Shown: positions 27,734 to 39,591 of the stretch, piece after piece
How the letters are laid out: each line of letters starts with the position of its first letter
How positions within the stretch are numbered: position 1 is the stretch's first letter
DNA from: Actinomycetota bacterium
GTDB taxonomy: Bacteria; Actinomycetota; Acidimicrobiia; Acidimicrobiales; CADCSY01
Direction of reading: 5' to 3'
Length of the DNA: 51,895 nt
NCBI GenBank assembly: GCA_019348555.1
Contig: JAHWJH010000001.1
Coordinates: 4,629-56,523 of the forward strand
The notes under the pieces: model-generated
Seen by the model: only the letters and a program-made list of their open reading frames with translations
Database searches by the model: none
Told to the model about the DNA's origin: nothing
Made by a program: the position numbers and the translations under genes

Positions 27734-27758
27734 AACTTGACACTGACCGGTGCAAGTT
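27734..27758 (+). promoter_or_regulatory. imperfect inverted repeat upstream of clpB (HAIR-like / possible -35)
   Basis: AACTTGACAC-N6-GTGCAAGTT. Read as CTTGACA-N7-GTGCAAG it matches 9/14 positions of the HspR operator consensus CTTGAGT-N7-ACTCAAG with the correct spacing. It also contains TTGACA. Confidence 0.3.
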
Positions 27759-27782
27759 TGACCAGATGCCACGAGGAGGCCC

Positions 27783-30267
<2,485 letters not shown>

Positions 30268-30275
<8 letters not shown>

Positions 30276-31884
30276 GCCCGTCGACCTCTGACGGACGGCG
30301 CTGGTCGGCGTTGTCGGCTGGAGGAGGGTCGGCCTCGGCCGGGACGGTGACGTGGGCCGGCCGGGGTGGGCTGGCGTCGACACCGGCGCTCGCCGCCTCG
30401 GTGGCCGGCGTGGCATCCACCGGGGCAGTGGCATCGTCGGGGGGAGTCGCCTCCAAGGGAGCGGTGGCCGCGATCGCAGCTGGCGCCTGCGCAGGGGCGG
30501 TCACGCTGGCCTCAGAGGGGGAAGCGGCCGCCGGAGGAGGCGTCACCGTCGGCGGAGGCGGGATGCGGCGAGGTCGGAGAGGCGGCGGTGAGGGGGCCGC
30601 CGACGGGGGAGCGGGGACCCGCCGGCGCCGGCCGCCGGGAGACGTCCCTCGGCGCGCCGGCTTCTCGGCAGGCGCCTCGACCCCGAAGCGCTCGGCGATG
30701 GCGGGGACGCGGCCAGCGTGCTTGCGCACCTGCGCCAGGAGCTCCTCGCCGGGCTCTGACGGCACGCCTTCGGGAACCACCGACCGTCGCACGCTGGAAT
30801 AGGCCACGGCGTCGAGGAGGGTTGCCCAGCGGTCGGGAGCCACGTCGGCGGTCATGGCCTTGCCGGCCGCCTCCGCAAGGCGTGCCGCCGCTTCGTCCGC
30901 CAGTCGCTCGCCGGGCACCGGCGAGCGAGAGGAGAGGCGCAGTGCCCTGACGACCCGCCCGCTGTCGAGCGAGCGGGCGAAGTCGTCTCGCCAGGCCGCC
31001 TGCTCGTCTGCGGTGCGGCGCTCGAGCACCTGACGCAGCCGGGCCGCCGGCTCGCGGGTCTGCTCGTCTCGAGCCACGTCGTCGGCGCTGACCACCACCG
31101 AGCGAAGGTCGGCGAGGGCGATCTCCTCGGCGTCGACCAAGGCAGCGTCGGCCCGATCGAGCCAGTCGGCGAGGCGGACCCGGGGCAGAAGCGCCTCGGC
31201 GATGGCCAACACCGCAGCCGATGGCGCCTCGGGCTTGCCCTCTCGACGGGCGGCGGTGTTCTGCTCCTCGAGGGCCGTGCGGACCGCCGGAAGCCCGCCC
31301 CGCAGCATCTGCTCGGCGATGGCCTGTTGCTCCCGGGGAAGGTCGGCCATCAGGGCGTCGCGATGGCGGCGTCCGGGCCGGAGCTTCTTGGGCTTGGGCC
31401 GGGCGACCTCCTCGACCCGGGGCGGGCGGGGGTGGCTGCGCCGGCGCTCCGCACCCGAGGGGTCCGCCCCGGCAGGGCGGTGACGACTCGGCCGCGAGCT
31501 CGCCGCTCCTTCGGGCCGGGCGTCGCGTCGAGCCGACGGGGGGCGGTCGCCGCGAGGGCGATCCTCCCGGGAACGGCGAGGGGGCCGATCGGCGTCGTCG
31601 CCGCGCCCACCGCGCTCACGCCATTGTGTGGTGACCGAAGCCTCCTCGCGGCCCGAGCCCAGCACCTCGAGGCGCGGCGCAGCCTTGCGCTGGCCGCGGA
31701 CGGGCAGCACCGTGGTGATGGTGATGCCTTCGATGTCGATGTCGGCCTCGGCGCGCACCACGTCGCCGATCCCGACCCCGCCGGGCAGGAGGCTGCCGTC
31801 GAGGACGCCCTTGGGCTGGCGGGCCCCGGCCGCTCGCCATGTCCACGTGCCGTCAGGGCGCTCACTGGTGAGCTCCACGTCCAT
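30268..31884 (-). CDS. hypothetical protein (small N-terminal domain, Arg/Pro-rich linker, helical C-domain, Pro/Ala tail)
   Basis: The start is placed at [26 protein letters not shown] (ATG 31884). Coding-like composition in the central ~250 aa. No family recognised. Confidence 0.5.
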
Positions 31885-31936
31885 CCGGGGTGACACGACC
31901 GACCACGCTACCCGCCGGCGCTGGCATGCTGGCCCC

Positions 31937-32356
31937 GTGGAGGGCCACCACCCGGCGACGAGCGCGGAGATCGCCGTGGACACCGCCCGGCGACCGGTCG
32001 TCGACCTGACCGACGAGCTGGAGGAGTTCTGCCGGGGTCGCGGGGACGGTCTGGTCAACGTGTTCGCCCCCCACGCCACCGCCGGCCTGGCTCTGATCGA
32101 GACCGGGTCGGGCTCGGAGTCCGACCTGGTGGACCTGCTCGAGGGGCTCGTCCCACGTGACGACCGGTACCGGCACCGTCACGGCTCGCCCGGCCACGGC
32201 GCCGACCACGTCCTGCCGGCGTTGGTCAGCCCGTCGCTGGTGGTGCCGGTCGGTGCGGGCCGGCCTCACCTCGGCACGTGGCAGCGGTTGGTGCTCGTCG
32301 ACCTCAACGCCGACAACCCGCACCGCCGGGTCCGCTTCACCTACCTCGGCTGTTGA
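31937..32356 (+). CDS. YjbQ/UPF0047-family protein (secondary thiamine-phosphate synthase-like)
   Basis: Motifs are VNVFAPHATAGLALIE, DGHSP-type RHGSPGHGADHV, and LGTWQRLVLVDLN...R. 139 aa. Confidence 0.8.
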   Translation: MEGHHPATSAEIAVDTARRPVVDLTDELEEFCRGRGDGLVNVFAPHATAGLALIETGSGSESDLVDLLEGLVPRDDRYRHRHGSPGHGADHVLPALVSPSLVVPVGAGRPHLGTWQRLVLVDLNADNPHRRVRFTYLGC

Positions 32357-32365
32357 GCCCGTCGC

Positions 32366-33058
32366 TCAGCCCGGCCAGGGGATGTGCCGTCCGCCGGCCA
32401 GCCGTCGGGTCGTGGCGGTGATCTGCAGGATCCCGTCCCCGTCCAGGGCAGCGGTGGTGTTGTCGCAGCCACCCTCGGCACGCGACTGGTACGACGTGCG
32501 CAGCGCCGCCGGCACCACCTCCTGGCCCGTGGCGGTGAGCGCCTGCAGGCCGCTCCATCGCACCGCGGTCGACGGGTGGTCGCAGAGAGCGAAGACCTCC
32601 GACCACATCAGCGGCTGGGTGAGCTGCGCGGCGGGCACCTCCAGGTCGCGCACCACGGTGGCCTCGCCGGTCACCAGGTCGGTGACCTCGCCGCGCCACC
32701 GCGGCGCCGTCTCGGATCCGACCCGCCGCACCGCCAGCCGGTAGGGCCGGCGCGCCTGCCAGGCGAAGTCGCGGGTGTTGGGGTTGCCCATGGCGCTGGG
32801 CAAGCTCGATGCCGATCCGGCCAGCTGGCCTCCGCCGTCTCTCGGCGAGCGGTAGCCGCCCCAGTTCACGGCCGTGGAGCCCGGGTGACCGGGATGGAAC
32901 TGCAGGCCGAGATGCGCGCCCCCGCGCACGCGCACCCCGTCGAAGAAGCTCACCTGCAGCGCCCAGAAGTACAGCCGGGCCACCGAAGGCGCGACGAGCA
33001 CCTCGAGCGTCGCGCAGACCTCGGCGAAGGCTCCCGGCAGCTGCCACCACAGGTGCAT
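32366..33058 (-). CDS. hypothetical protein
   Basis: ORF with coding-like composition (MHLWWQLPGAFAE..., ARLYFWALQVSF, GGAHLGLQFHPG). The start may be 33058 or 33145. No family recognised. Confidence 0.4.
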   Translation of the reverse strand: MHLWWQLPGAFAEVCATLEVLVAPSVARLYFWALQVSFFDGVRVRGGAHLGLQFHPGHPGSTAVNWGGYRSPRDGGGQLAGSASSLPSAMGNPNTRDFAWQARRPYRLAVRRVGSETAPRWRGEVTDLVTGEATVVRDLEVPAAQLTQPLMWSEVFALCDHPSTAVRWSGLQALTATGQEVVPAALRTSYQSRAEGGCDNTTAALDGDGILQITATTRRLAGGRHIPWPG

Positions 33059-33215
33059 CGAGGACGCCCCGTTGGACGAACGTGGCTCGCCGCGGACCCG
33101 ACCGACCGGCGCCGAACGCCGGCCGGTCCACCATCGCCCACCCATCCCGACGACCCTACGGGGGTCGGCCACGTCGACGCCGTCGGCGCGGGAAGCCGCC
33201 GTAGCATTGGCGGCG

Positions 33216-33923
33216 ATGACGACCCCGCGCCAGCGTGACCCTCGTCGATTCCAGCGGGTCCCGCGGGCGTCGATGCCGGCTCGCTCCCGTCCGGCCCTGG
33301 TCGCCCTGGCCGTGGTGGTGCTGGTCCTCGGTGTCGGGGTGACCAAGCTGGCCGACCTGCTGCCGTCGTTCGGCAACCCGTTCGCCGCCGACACCGTCGA
33401 CCGCAGCCAACCGGCACTGCTCCAGGCCATCGAGGATCTGGCCGAGTACCGGGCCGCCATCGGGCAGTTCCAGGTGATCCTCGACGTCGAGGAGGACATC
33501 CCCTTCGTCCCCTCGTTCGTCCGAGGCCAGCGCACCGTGTTCCTGGCCGGCGGCACCGTCGACGCCTCGGTCGACTTCAGCGGCCTCGCCGACACGGCCA
33601 TCGAGGTGAGCGAGGACGGCTCGTCGGTCACCGTGCGCCTGCCACCGGCCCGGCTCTCCGAGCCGAGGATCGACCCCGAACGCAGCTACGTGGTGGATCG
33701 CGACCGGGGCCTGCTCGATCGTGCTGCGTCGGTGTTCTCCGACAGCCCCACCGGCGAGCGCGACCTCTACCTGATGGCCGAGGACAGGCTGTCTGGAGCC
33801 GCCGCCGAATCCGACCTCAGGGCCAGGGCCGAGGCCAACACCCGGGCGATGCTCACCTCGATGCTCGGCTCGCTCGGCTTCGAGGAGGTCACCGTGATCT
33901 TCGAGGACAACCCCGCCCTGTAG
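33216..33923 (+). CDS. DUF4230-like membrane-anchored protein
   Basis: N-terminal TM segment ALVALAVVVLVLGV. The body GTVDASVDFSGL...VTVRLPPARLSEPRIDPERS resembles DUF4230. Confidence 0.6.
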   Translation: MTTPRQRDPRRFQRVPRASMPARSRPALVALAVVVLVLGVGVTKLADLLPSFGNPFAADTVDRSQPALLQAIEDLAEYRAAIGQFQVILDVEEDIPFVPSFVRGQRTVFLAGGTVDASVDFSGLADTAIEVSEDGSSVTVRLPPARLSEPRIDPERSYVVDRDRGLLDRAASVFSDSPTGERDLYLMAEDRLSGAAAESDLRARAEANTRAMLTSMLGSLGFEEVTVIFEDNPAL

Positions 33924-33943
33924 TCGGGCGACGGCGCCGTCGG

Positions 33944-35359
33944 TCAGCGGGGCCCGACGTCACCCGCCTGCTGGCGCTCCGCCTCCCGATCGAGCTCGGC
34001 CCCGAGCACGATGGCATACGCGGTGAACAACAGCCAGAGCAGCAGGACCACGACGCCTCCCAGCACGCCGTAGGTCTCGTTGTACGTGCCGAAGTTCGCC
34101 ACATAGATCGACAAGCCGATGGAGCCGAGGAGCCACAGCACCGTGGCCGCCAGCGCTCCCGGTGTGACCCAACGCCACGGAGGAGCCTTGCGGTCCGGCG
34201 CGTAGCGGTACAGCACGGCCAGCCCCATCACCCAGAGGGCGGCGAGCACCGGCCAGCGCACCAGCGCCACAACCGCCTCGCCGAAGGTGCCGAGGGGCCG
34301 GGCCAGGGCGCGCACCACGACCATGCCACCCACGAGAGCCACGGCGGCGACGGCGACGGCCACGGTGAGGCCGAGCGCCATGGCGCGGAGGCGGACGAAG
34401 CCTCGGGTCTCGTCCTGGTCGTACGCGATGTTGAGGGCGGTCACCATGGCGAGCATCCCCTTGGACGCCCCGACGAGGGCCACCACCACGCTGACGATCA
34501 GGCTGAAACCGAGCCCGGAGCGATCGCCCGAGGTGATGGCCGTCAGCTGGGTGGTCACCACGCTGGCGGCGTCGGCGGGCAGGGCGGCGAGGATGGGAGC
34601 GAGCTGGCGGCTCACCTCGGTCGGATCGGCCACCAGCCCGTACACGGCGATGACGGCGATCAGCGCAGGTGCCAGCGCCAGGAAGACGTAGAAGGCGGCG
34701 CCGGCGGCGATGAGCGACACGTTGTCGGCCTTGACCTGGTGGAACGTGCGCTTGAGGATCTCCATCCATCCCCTGGCGGGGATCTTCATGGGGGAGGAGG
34801 CGCCGACGCCGGCGCTCTGCTCGGGGGCCGCCGCCGCCCGATCCCCTGAGTCCCGGGCCGTCTCGCCGGGCGCCTGCGGCGCCGTCTCGCCAGGGGCGCG
34901 ACGCGGCGACTCGCCAGAGGCCGGACGCGGCGATTCCTCCGTGGCCAGGCCGGGGCCCCAGACCTCGAGCTCCTCGTGGAGCTGACGGCGCAGGATCAGG
35001 CGGTCGGCCAGGGCAGCGCCGCCTTCGGGCCGCCAGTCGACCTCGACGGTGATCCGGGAGCGACCGGGCGTGGTGTCTTCGAACGAGACGGCGCCGGCGT
35101 GTGGCCGCCCGCGTCCCTGCCAGGAGATGCGCGATCCCGGCACCCGCTCGGTCACCTCGGCATCGAAGCCGTGCGAGCGGCCTTCGAGCAGCGCCACCCA
35201 GTCGACGTCGGCCACGCCCGTCGGGCGGGCGTCGGCGGTGCCGCCGAGAAAGGTGGGAACGGCAGGGGAGTGGGTCCAGCGGTCGTAGGCCTGCGCTGCG
35301 GGCAGCGCGACCTCGACCGCACCGACCACCGCCTCGGCTGACACCGTCGTGTTCGTCAT
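33944..35359 (-). CDS. SRPBCC (START/cyclase-like) domain fused to YihY/BrkB-family membrane protein
   Basis: The N-terminal ~145 aa are SRPBCC-like (VEVALPAAQAYDRWT..., ISWQGRG..., ITVEVDW). A repeat-containing linker follows. The C-terminal ~290 aa are YihY-like (WMEILKRTFHQVKADNVSLIAAGAAFYVFLALAP..., multi-TM). Confidence 0.75.
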   Translation of the reverse strand: MTNTTVSAEAVVGAVEVALPAAQAYDRWTHSPAVPTFLGGTADARPTGVADVDWVALLEGRSHGFDAEVTERVPGSRISWQGRGRPHAGAVSFEDTTPGRSRITVEVDWRPEGGAALADRLILRRQLHEELEVWGPGLATEESPRPASGESPRRAPGETAPQAPGETARDSGDRAAAAPEQSAGVGASSPMKIPARGWMEILKRTFHQVKADNVSLIAAGAAFYVFLALAPALIAVIAVYGLVADPTEVSRQLAPILAALPADAASVVTTQLTAITSGDRSGLGFSLIVSVVVALVGASKGMLAMVTALNIAYDQDETRGFVRLRAMALGLTVAVAVAAVALVGGMVVVRALARPLGTFGEAVVALVRWPVLAALWVMGLAVLYRYAPDRKAPPWRWVTPGALAATVLWLLGSIGLSIYVANFGTYNETYGVLGGVVVLLLWLLFTAYAIVLGAELDREAERQQAGDVGPR

Positions 35360-35692
35360 CGTGGGCCGGCCGGGGACCCCCCACCGGCGGGGATCGCATC
35401 GACCGCGCTCCGAGCTCGCCGACGCATCTCCGAGGTCGCTGACATGGTGCCTCCTCTTCGGGGGACGGTGGCCGAGCGTCACTATCCGAAAGGACCGCCG
35501 CGGAAACGCCTCTGGCGGGGGCCGCGAACAGCGTCAGGCCATAGCCGGGCGCCGGCGCGGTGGAGCTCCGGTCGTGGCACCTGGCGAGGCGAGCCCGAGT
35601 CCACCCGGCGAGGTCTGGGCACGTCCCGACTTCCCGGTGGGGGGCTGCCAGGCCACGGGCGGCCGCCCCCACCGCTTTGACGGCGTCTCAGG

Positions 35693-36052
35693 TCAGAGGA
35701 GGTACAGGTGCATGAGCAGGTGGACCTCGTCGGGCAGCTCCTCGGACACCGGCAGACCGAGGGCGCGGACGTGCCGGGCGTCGATGGGAGAGTCGTGGGT
35801 CCAGCGGCCCTCGGACAGCTGCGTGGCGACCTCGGTGGCCTGCTCGTCGTCCATGTGGCGGCGCAGCAGGCCGGTGACGAACTCCCGGACCTGCTTCAGG
35901 GCCTTGCACCCCACGTCGGCCAGGATGAGGGTGCGGTCGTCGATCTCGTTGTCATCGGTCAACTCGATGGCACGGATGACCTCCTTGGAGTCGTCGATGT
36001 CGTCGTATCCCTGGTGCACCGCAACGTCCATGTCCCCGACTTCGGCCATCAT
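35693..36052 (-). CDS. C-terminal-only homologue of SDH-family Clp-fold serine proteinase
   Basis: IDDRTLILADVGCKALKQVREFV...LSEGRWTHDSPIDARHVRALGLPVSEELPDEVHLLMHLY matches the C-terminal third of PF01972-type proteases as I recall them. The Ser-containing N-terminal two-thirds are absent. It has its own GGGGAGGA-ATG start. Confidence 0.5.
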   Translation of the reverse strand: MMAEVGDMDVAVHQGYDDIDDSKEVIRAIELTDDNEIDDRTLILADVGCKALKQVREFVTGLLRRHMDDEQATEVATQLSEGRWTHDSPIDARHVRALGLPVSEELPDEVHLLMHLYLL

Positions 36053-36114
36053 GGATCCTCCCCTACAAGGGAAGGCCAAGCCCGCGCTCTAGATGCGACG
36101 AGAAGATCGGTGAG

Positions 36115-37353
36115 GTGGCAGCCATGGCGAGGGTGACCGCCACGACGCGAGCGCTCGTGGTCCGATTGGCGGCTGTCCTCGTCGTCGTCAGCGCTTGCTC
36201 GGGAAACGGCCACGTCACCCCTGTGGTGGTTGCCGCCCCCGAAGACGACTCCGGCGAAGCGTCGGCACTCCCGGTGAGGGCCGGCACTTGGCGGCCCCTC
36301 CCGCCTTCGCCGCTCAGCGCTCGCTGGGACGCCACCGGGGTCTGGACGGGCAGCAAGGTGGTGGTGTGGGGCGGCCATGCCTCCGCTGTCGAGGCTTTGG
36401 TCGACGGAGCGAGCTACGACCCCCAAAGCCGGTCGTGGACGCCGATCCCTCCTGCACCCGTGCCCGAGCGGGGCCACCAGCTCGCGTACTGGATCGACGA
36501 TCGCCTCCTGGTGTGGGTGGACGCGTGGCACCCCGAGCTGGCCGCCGGCGCCGTCTACACAGCTGAAGACCACCGATGGGTTCGCCTCGCCTCGCCCCCG
36601 GACGCGCTGACCCTGGGCGCACCAGCGGTGGCGACCGAAGACTTACTGTTCGTCGTCGCCCGTTCGGAGGACGGGCCCACGTCCGTCCTCTCGTACGACC
36701 CGGCGACGGACCATTGGGACGTCCTCCCCGCGCCGCCACCGACGACAGAAGACGTGTTCATCGTCGAGACGGGCGGTGAGCTGTACCTCTGGGGGTGTGC
36801 TGGGCGCTACGGTGCCGCGTACGACAGCGCCCGGGGCGAGTGGACCGGCGTGAAGCCGCCGCCTGGCGGTTCGGCGCCGTGCTACTCCTCGCCGCCGCTG
36901 TTCCCGGCTGCCTTCGCCAGCGACCAGGCCGTCGTGGTGTGGCCATGGAGAGACGCAGACCGGCCAGGAGAACAGCCCGCCCCGCGGCTCCCCGGCGCCA
37001 GGTTCGACAGGGGCGCCGAGACGTGGACGGCCAGTGCGCCCGCTCCCACGGACATGCCCGCACGTGCGGTGGCCGCCGACGGCGAGGTCGTGGTGTGGGG
37101 CGGGGGGACATACTCGGATCCGGCATGTCAGGAGGGCGTGCCCATGGTGACCACCGACGCCGGGTTCGTGTACTCGATCGAGCGCGACTCGTGGCGTTCC
37201 ATCGGCGAGGTGCCCCTCCGTCCCCGCAACGGGCACGCCATGGTGTGGACCGGCCGTGACGTCTTCATATGGGGCGGCGCGGCCAGCGGGCCAGCGGGCG
37301 AGTGTGTGGTGTTCGGCGACGGGGCGACGTGGGAACCGCTCAACCCTCGTTGA
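36115..37353 (+). CDS. Kelch-like beta-propeller lipoprotein
   Basis: Lipobox VVVSAC. There are 6-7 repeats of the pattern W..(L/I)P.PP...(15-25 aa)...VV(V/I)WGG. Confidence 0.6.
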   Translation: MAAMARVTATTRALVVRLAAVLVVVSACSGNGHVTPVVVAAPEDDSGEASALPVRAGTWRPLPPSPLSARWDATGVWTGSKVVVWGGHASAVEALVDGASYDPQSRSWTPIPPAPVPERGHQLAYWIDDRLLVWVDAWHPELAAGAVYTAEDHRWVRLASPPDALTLGAPAVATEDLLFVVARSEDGPTSVLSYDPATDHWDVLPAPPPTTEDVFIVETGGELYLWGCAGRYGAAYDSARGEWTGVKPPPGGSAPCYSSPPLFPAAFASDQAVVVWPWRDADRPGEQPAPRLPGARFDRGAETWTASAPAPTDMPARAVAADGEVVVWGGGTYSDPACQEGVPMVTTDAGFVYSIERDSWRSIGEVPLRPRNGHAMVWTGRDVFIWGGAASGPAGECVVFGDGATWEPLNPR

Positions 37354-37486
37354 AGGAAGCCGTACTCGCCCTGACTTTACGTAACGAAGATTATCGGCGC
37401 TCTTACACAGGGACCGTGGCGAAGTCCATCCCGGCATCTGCCATCGCCGCTCGCCACGTTCGCCTCTCAGGGAGTGTGCCGGCGAC

Positions 37487-38500
37487 TCAGCGCCGCGGGG
37501 GTCCCTGCTCGACGCGCCAGCGGGCAGCCGTCATCTCGGCCGGGCGGCCGGCGAGCACTCCGTCGACGTCGAGTGCGAGCCAGTCCCGGTACACCCGGGC
37601 CTGCTCCTCGCCGGCACTCGCCGCCCACACCCACACGTCGAGCCCCTCGGCGTGGGCGCGCTGCACCACCTCGGCGCTGAGGACGCGGACGCCGCCCGAC
37701 GTGGGCGGGACCTGGATGACCGCGTAGTGCTCGGCGAGAGGCTGACCGGCGGCCAGCCACGCCGTCAGCTCCTGGAGCCCCGGTGACACCGCCACCTCGG
37801 GCACCAGGGCGTGGAGCTCCTGCACCACGGCGGAGTCGAAGGACACCACGACCGACGACTCGACCCGAGCGAGCTCCCGCAGCTCGGCGGCGAGCACCCG
37901 TGCCACCTCCCTCGGGTCGACGTGCTCGCCCCCTTTGATCTCGATGTCGAGCGGCATGTCGGGGAAGCGGGTGGCGATCTGGCGGAAGGTGGGGACGGCG
38001 AAGTCGTCGGGGGTGTAGCCGGCGGGCGGGGGTCGCTCACCGGTGCGGATCCCCCGGTACGGGTACTCCTCGACCGGGCGGTCACGGCAGGGCCAGCACC
38101 TCGACCACCAGTGCCCGGCGTCGAGCGCCTGGAGCTCGGCGAGGGTTCGCTCGACCACCGGGCCCGTGGCCTCGGTCGTCCGGTCGACCGTCTCGTCGTG
38201 GTGGACGACCAACACCCGGTCGGCCGTCAGCTGCACGTCGAGCTCCAGGACGTCGGCACCTTCGAGCACCGACTCGGCGAAGGCGAACGGCGTCGAGTGC
38301 GGGTGCGCCTGATCGCCGCCGGCGTGGGCGACGTTGAGCGGCCGGTCGCCGGCCACCAGCTCCTCGATCGTCGGCGGGCCGCTCGAGGCGGGCGGCTCCT
38401 CGCCGGCGGTGTCCTCGCAGCCGACCAGAGCCAGGGCACCGACGACCGCCGCAACGAGCGCCAGAGGCCGGGGGCGACGTCGGTAGCTCGTCGTGACCAT
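37487..38500 (-). CDS. glpQ: glycerophosphodiester phosphodiesterase lipoprotein
   Basis: Lipobox LALVGC. GDPD motifs are NVAHAGG, LELDVQLTADRVLVVHHDETVDRTT and PTFRQI. Confidence 0.85.
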   Translation of the reverse strand: MVTTSYRRRPRPLALVAAVVGALALVGCEDTAGEEPPASSGPPTIEELVAGDRPLNVAHAGGDQAHPHSTPFAFAESVLEGADVLELDVQLTADRVLVVHHDETVDRTTEATGPVVERTLAELQALDAGHWWSRCWPCRDRPVEEYPYRGIRTGERPPPAGYTPDDFAVPTFRQIATRFPDMPLDIEIKGGEHVDPREVARVLAAELRELARVESSVVVSFDSAVVQELHALVPEVAVSPGLQELTAWLAAGQPLAEHYAVIQVPPTSGGVRVLSAEVVQRAHAEGLDVWVWAASAGEEQARVYRDWLALDVDGVLAGRPAEMTAARWRVEQGPPRR

Positions 38501-38757
38501 TCCGGGTCTCCCCGCCTCGGCGTACGTGGCGCAGAGTCTTCCAGCTGGCCCGGACCGATGCGGCTGTCGGGCCGCCAGACTGTCCGGATGATCCGGGCGG
38601 CGACGTCCGCGGGCACGACCGTCGCGCCGTCCGCGCCCGCCGAGGCCGGTACCGCCACCGGTGCCGGTGCCGGCGCGGCGGTTCGGGTTCGGAACCTTTC
38701 GCATTGCTACGAGCCCTGCGGGCGAGCTCTCGTCGTCGCCGACGACCTGGGCGTGGC

Positions 38758-39591
38758 ATGGCCGGCACGGTGCTCGGCTGGGCCATCGCCCGCGGCGTCG
38801 GTGCGGTGGTGAACCACGACGTGAGCGCGCATCTCCTGGTCGCCCTGGCCGTCGTGGCGTTGCTGGCCGGCGCGTGCGCCGGCGGCCCGCCCGAGACGCT
38901 CGAGGCGGAGGCGCTGCCGCCGCCGTTCACCTACGTCGCCGTGGGCGCCAGCGAGACGGTCGGGATCGGCGCCGACGACCCCGCCACCGAGTCGTGGCCC
39001 AGCGTCTTCTACCGCACGGCCCTCCCCCGCTCGGCCACGTTGGTCAACGTGGGCGTGAGCGGGGTGACCGTCCGGGAGGCGTTGGACCAGGAGCTGCAGG
39101 CTGCCCTTGCCGAGGAGCCGCGACTCGTCACGGTGTGGCTCAACGTCAACGACCTCCTGCGCCAGGTGCCGGTGGAGCACTACGAGCGCGACCTCGCCAC
39201 CCTTGTCGGTGCCCTGCGGCGAGGCGGGGCCACCGAGGTGCTCGTCGCCAACACTCCCCCGGTGGGCGACCTCCCCCTCGTGCGGGCCTGCCTGCCGGGA
39301 GGCAGCGGCTGCCTGCTGCCCTTCCGCCTGCCCTCCTCGGAGCTCATCGCCCAGCGCGTCGATGCGTTCAACGCCGCCATCTCCCGAGTGGCCGAGGCGC
39401 AGGGCGCCGTGGTGGTCGACCTCCACGCCAGCAGTGGCGGCCGGATCGACGACGCGCTCGTCGCCGATGACGGGTTCCACCCGAGCACCGAGGGCCATCG
39501 CCGGGTGGCGGCCGCCTTCGCCGACGCTCTTGGCTCGCTGCCCTCGGCAGCGGAGCTCCGCTCGGCCACCGCCGACGGTGCGGCCGGCTAG
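38758..39591 (+). CDS. SGNH/GDSL-family hydrolase lipoprotein
   Basis: Lipobox LLAGAC. Block I YVAVGASETVG, block II NVGVSG, block III WLNVNDL, block V DDGFHPS. Confidence 0.8.
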   Translation: MAGTVLGWAIARGVGAVVNHDVSAHLLVALAVVALLAGACAGGPPETLEAEALPPPFTYVAVGASETVGIGADDPATESWPSVFYRTALPRSATLVNVGVSGVTVREALDQELQAALAEEPRLVTVWLNVNDLLRQVPVEHYERDLATLVGALRRGGATEVLVANTPPVGDLPLVRACLPGGSGCLLPFRLPSSELIAQRVDAFNAAISRVAEAQGAVVVDLHASSGGRIDDALVADDGFHPSTEGHRRVAAAFADALGSLPSAAELRSATADGAAG

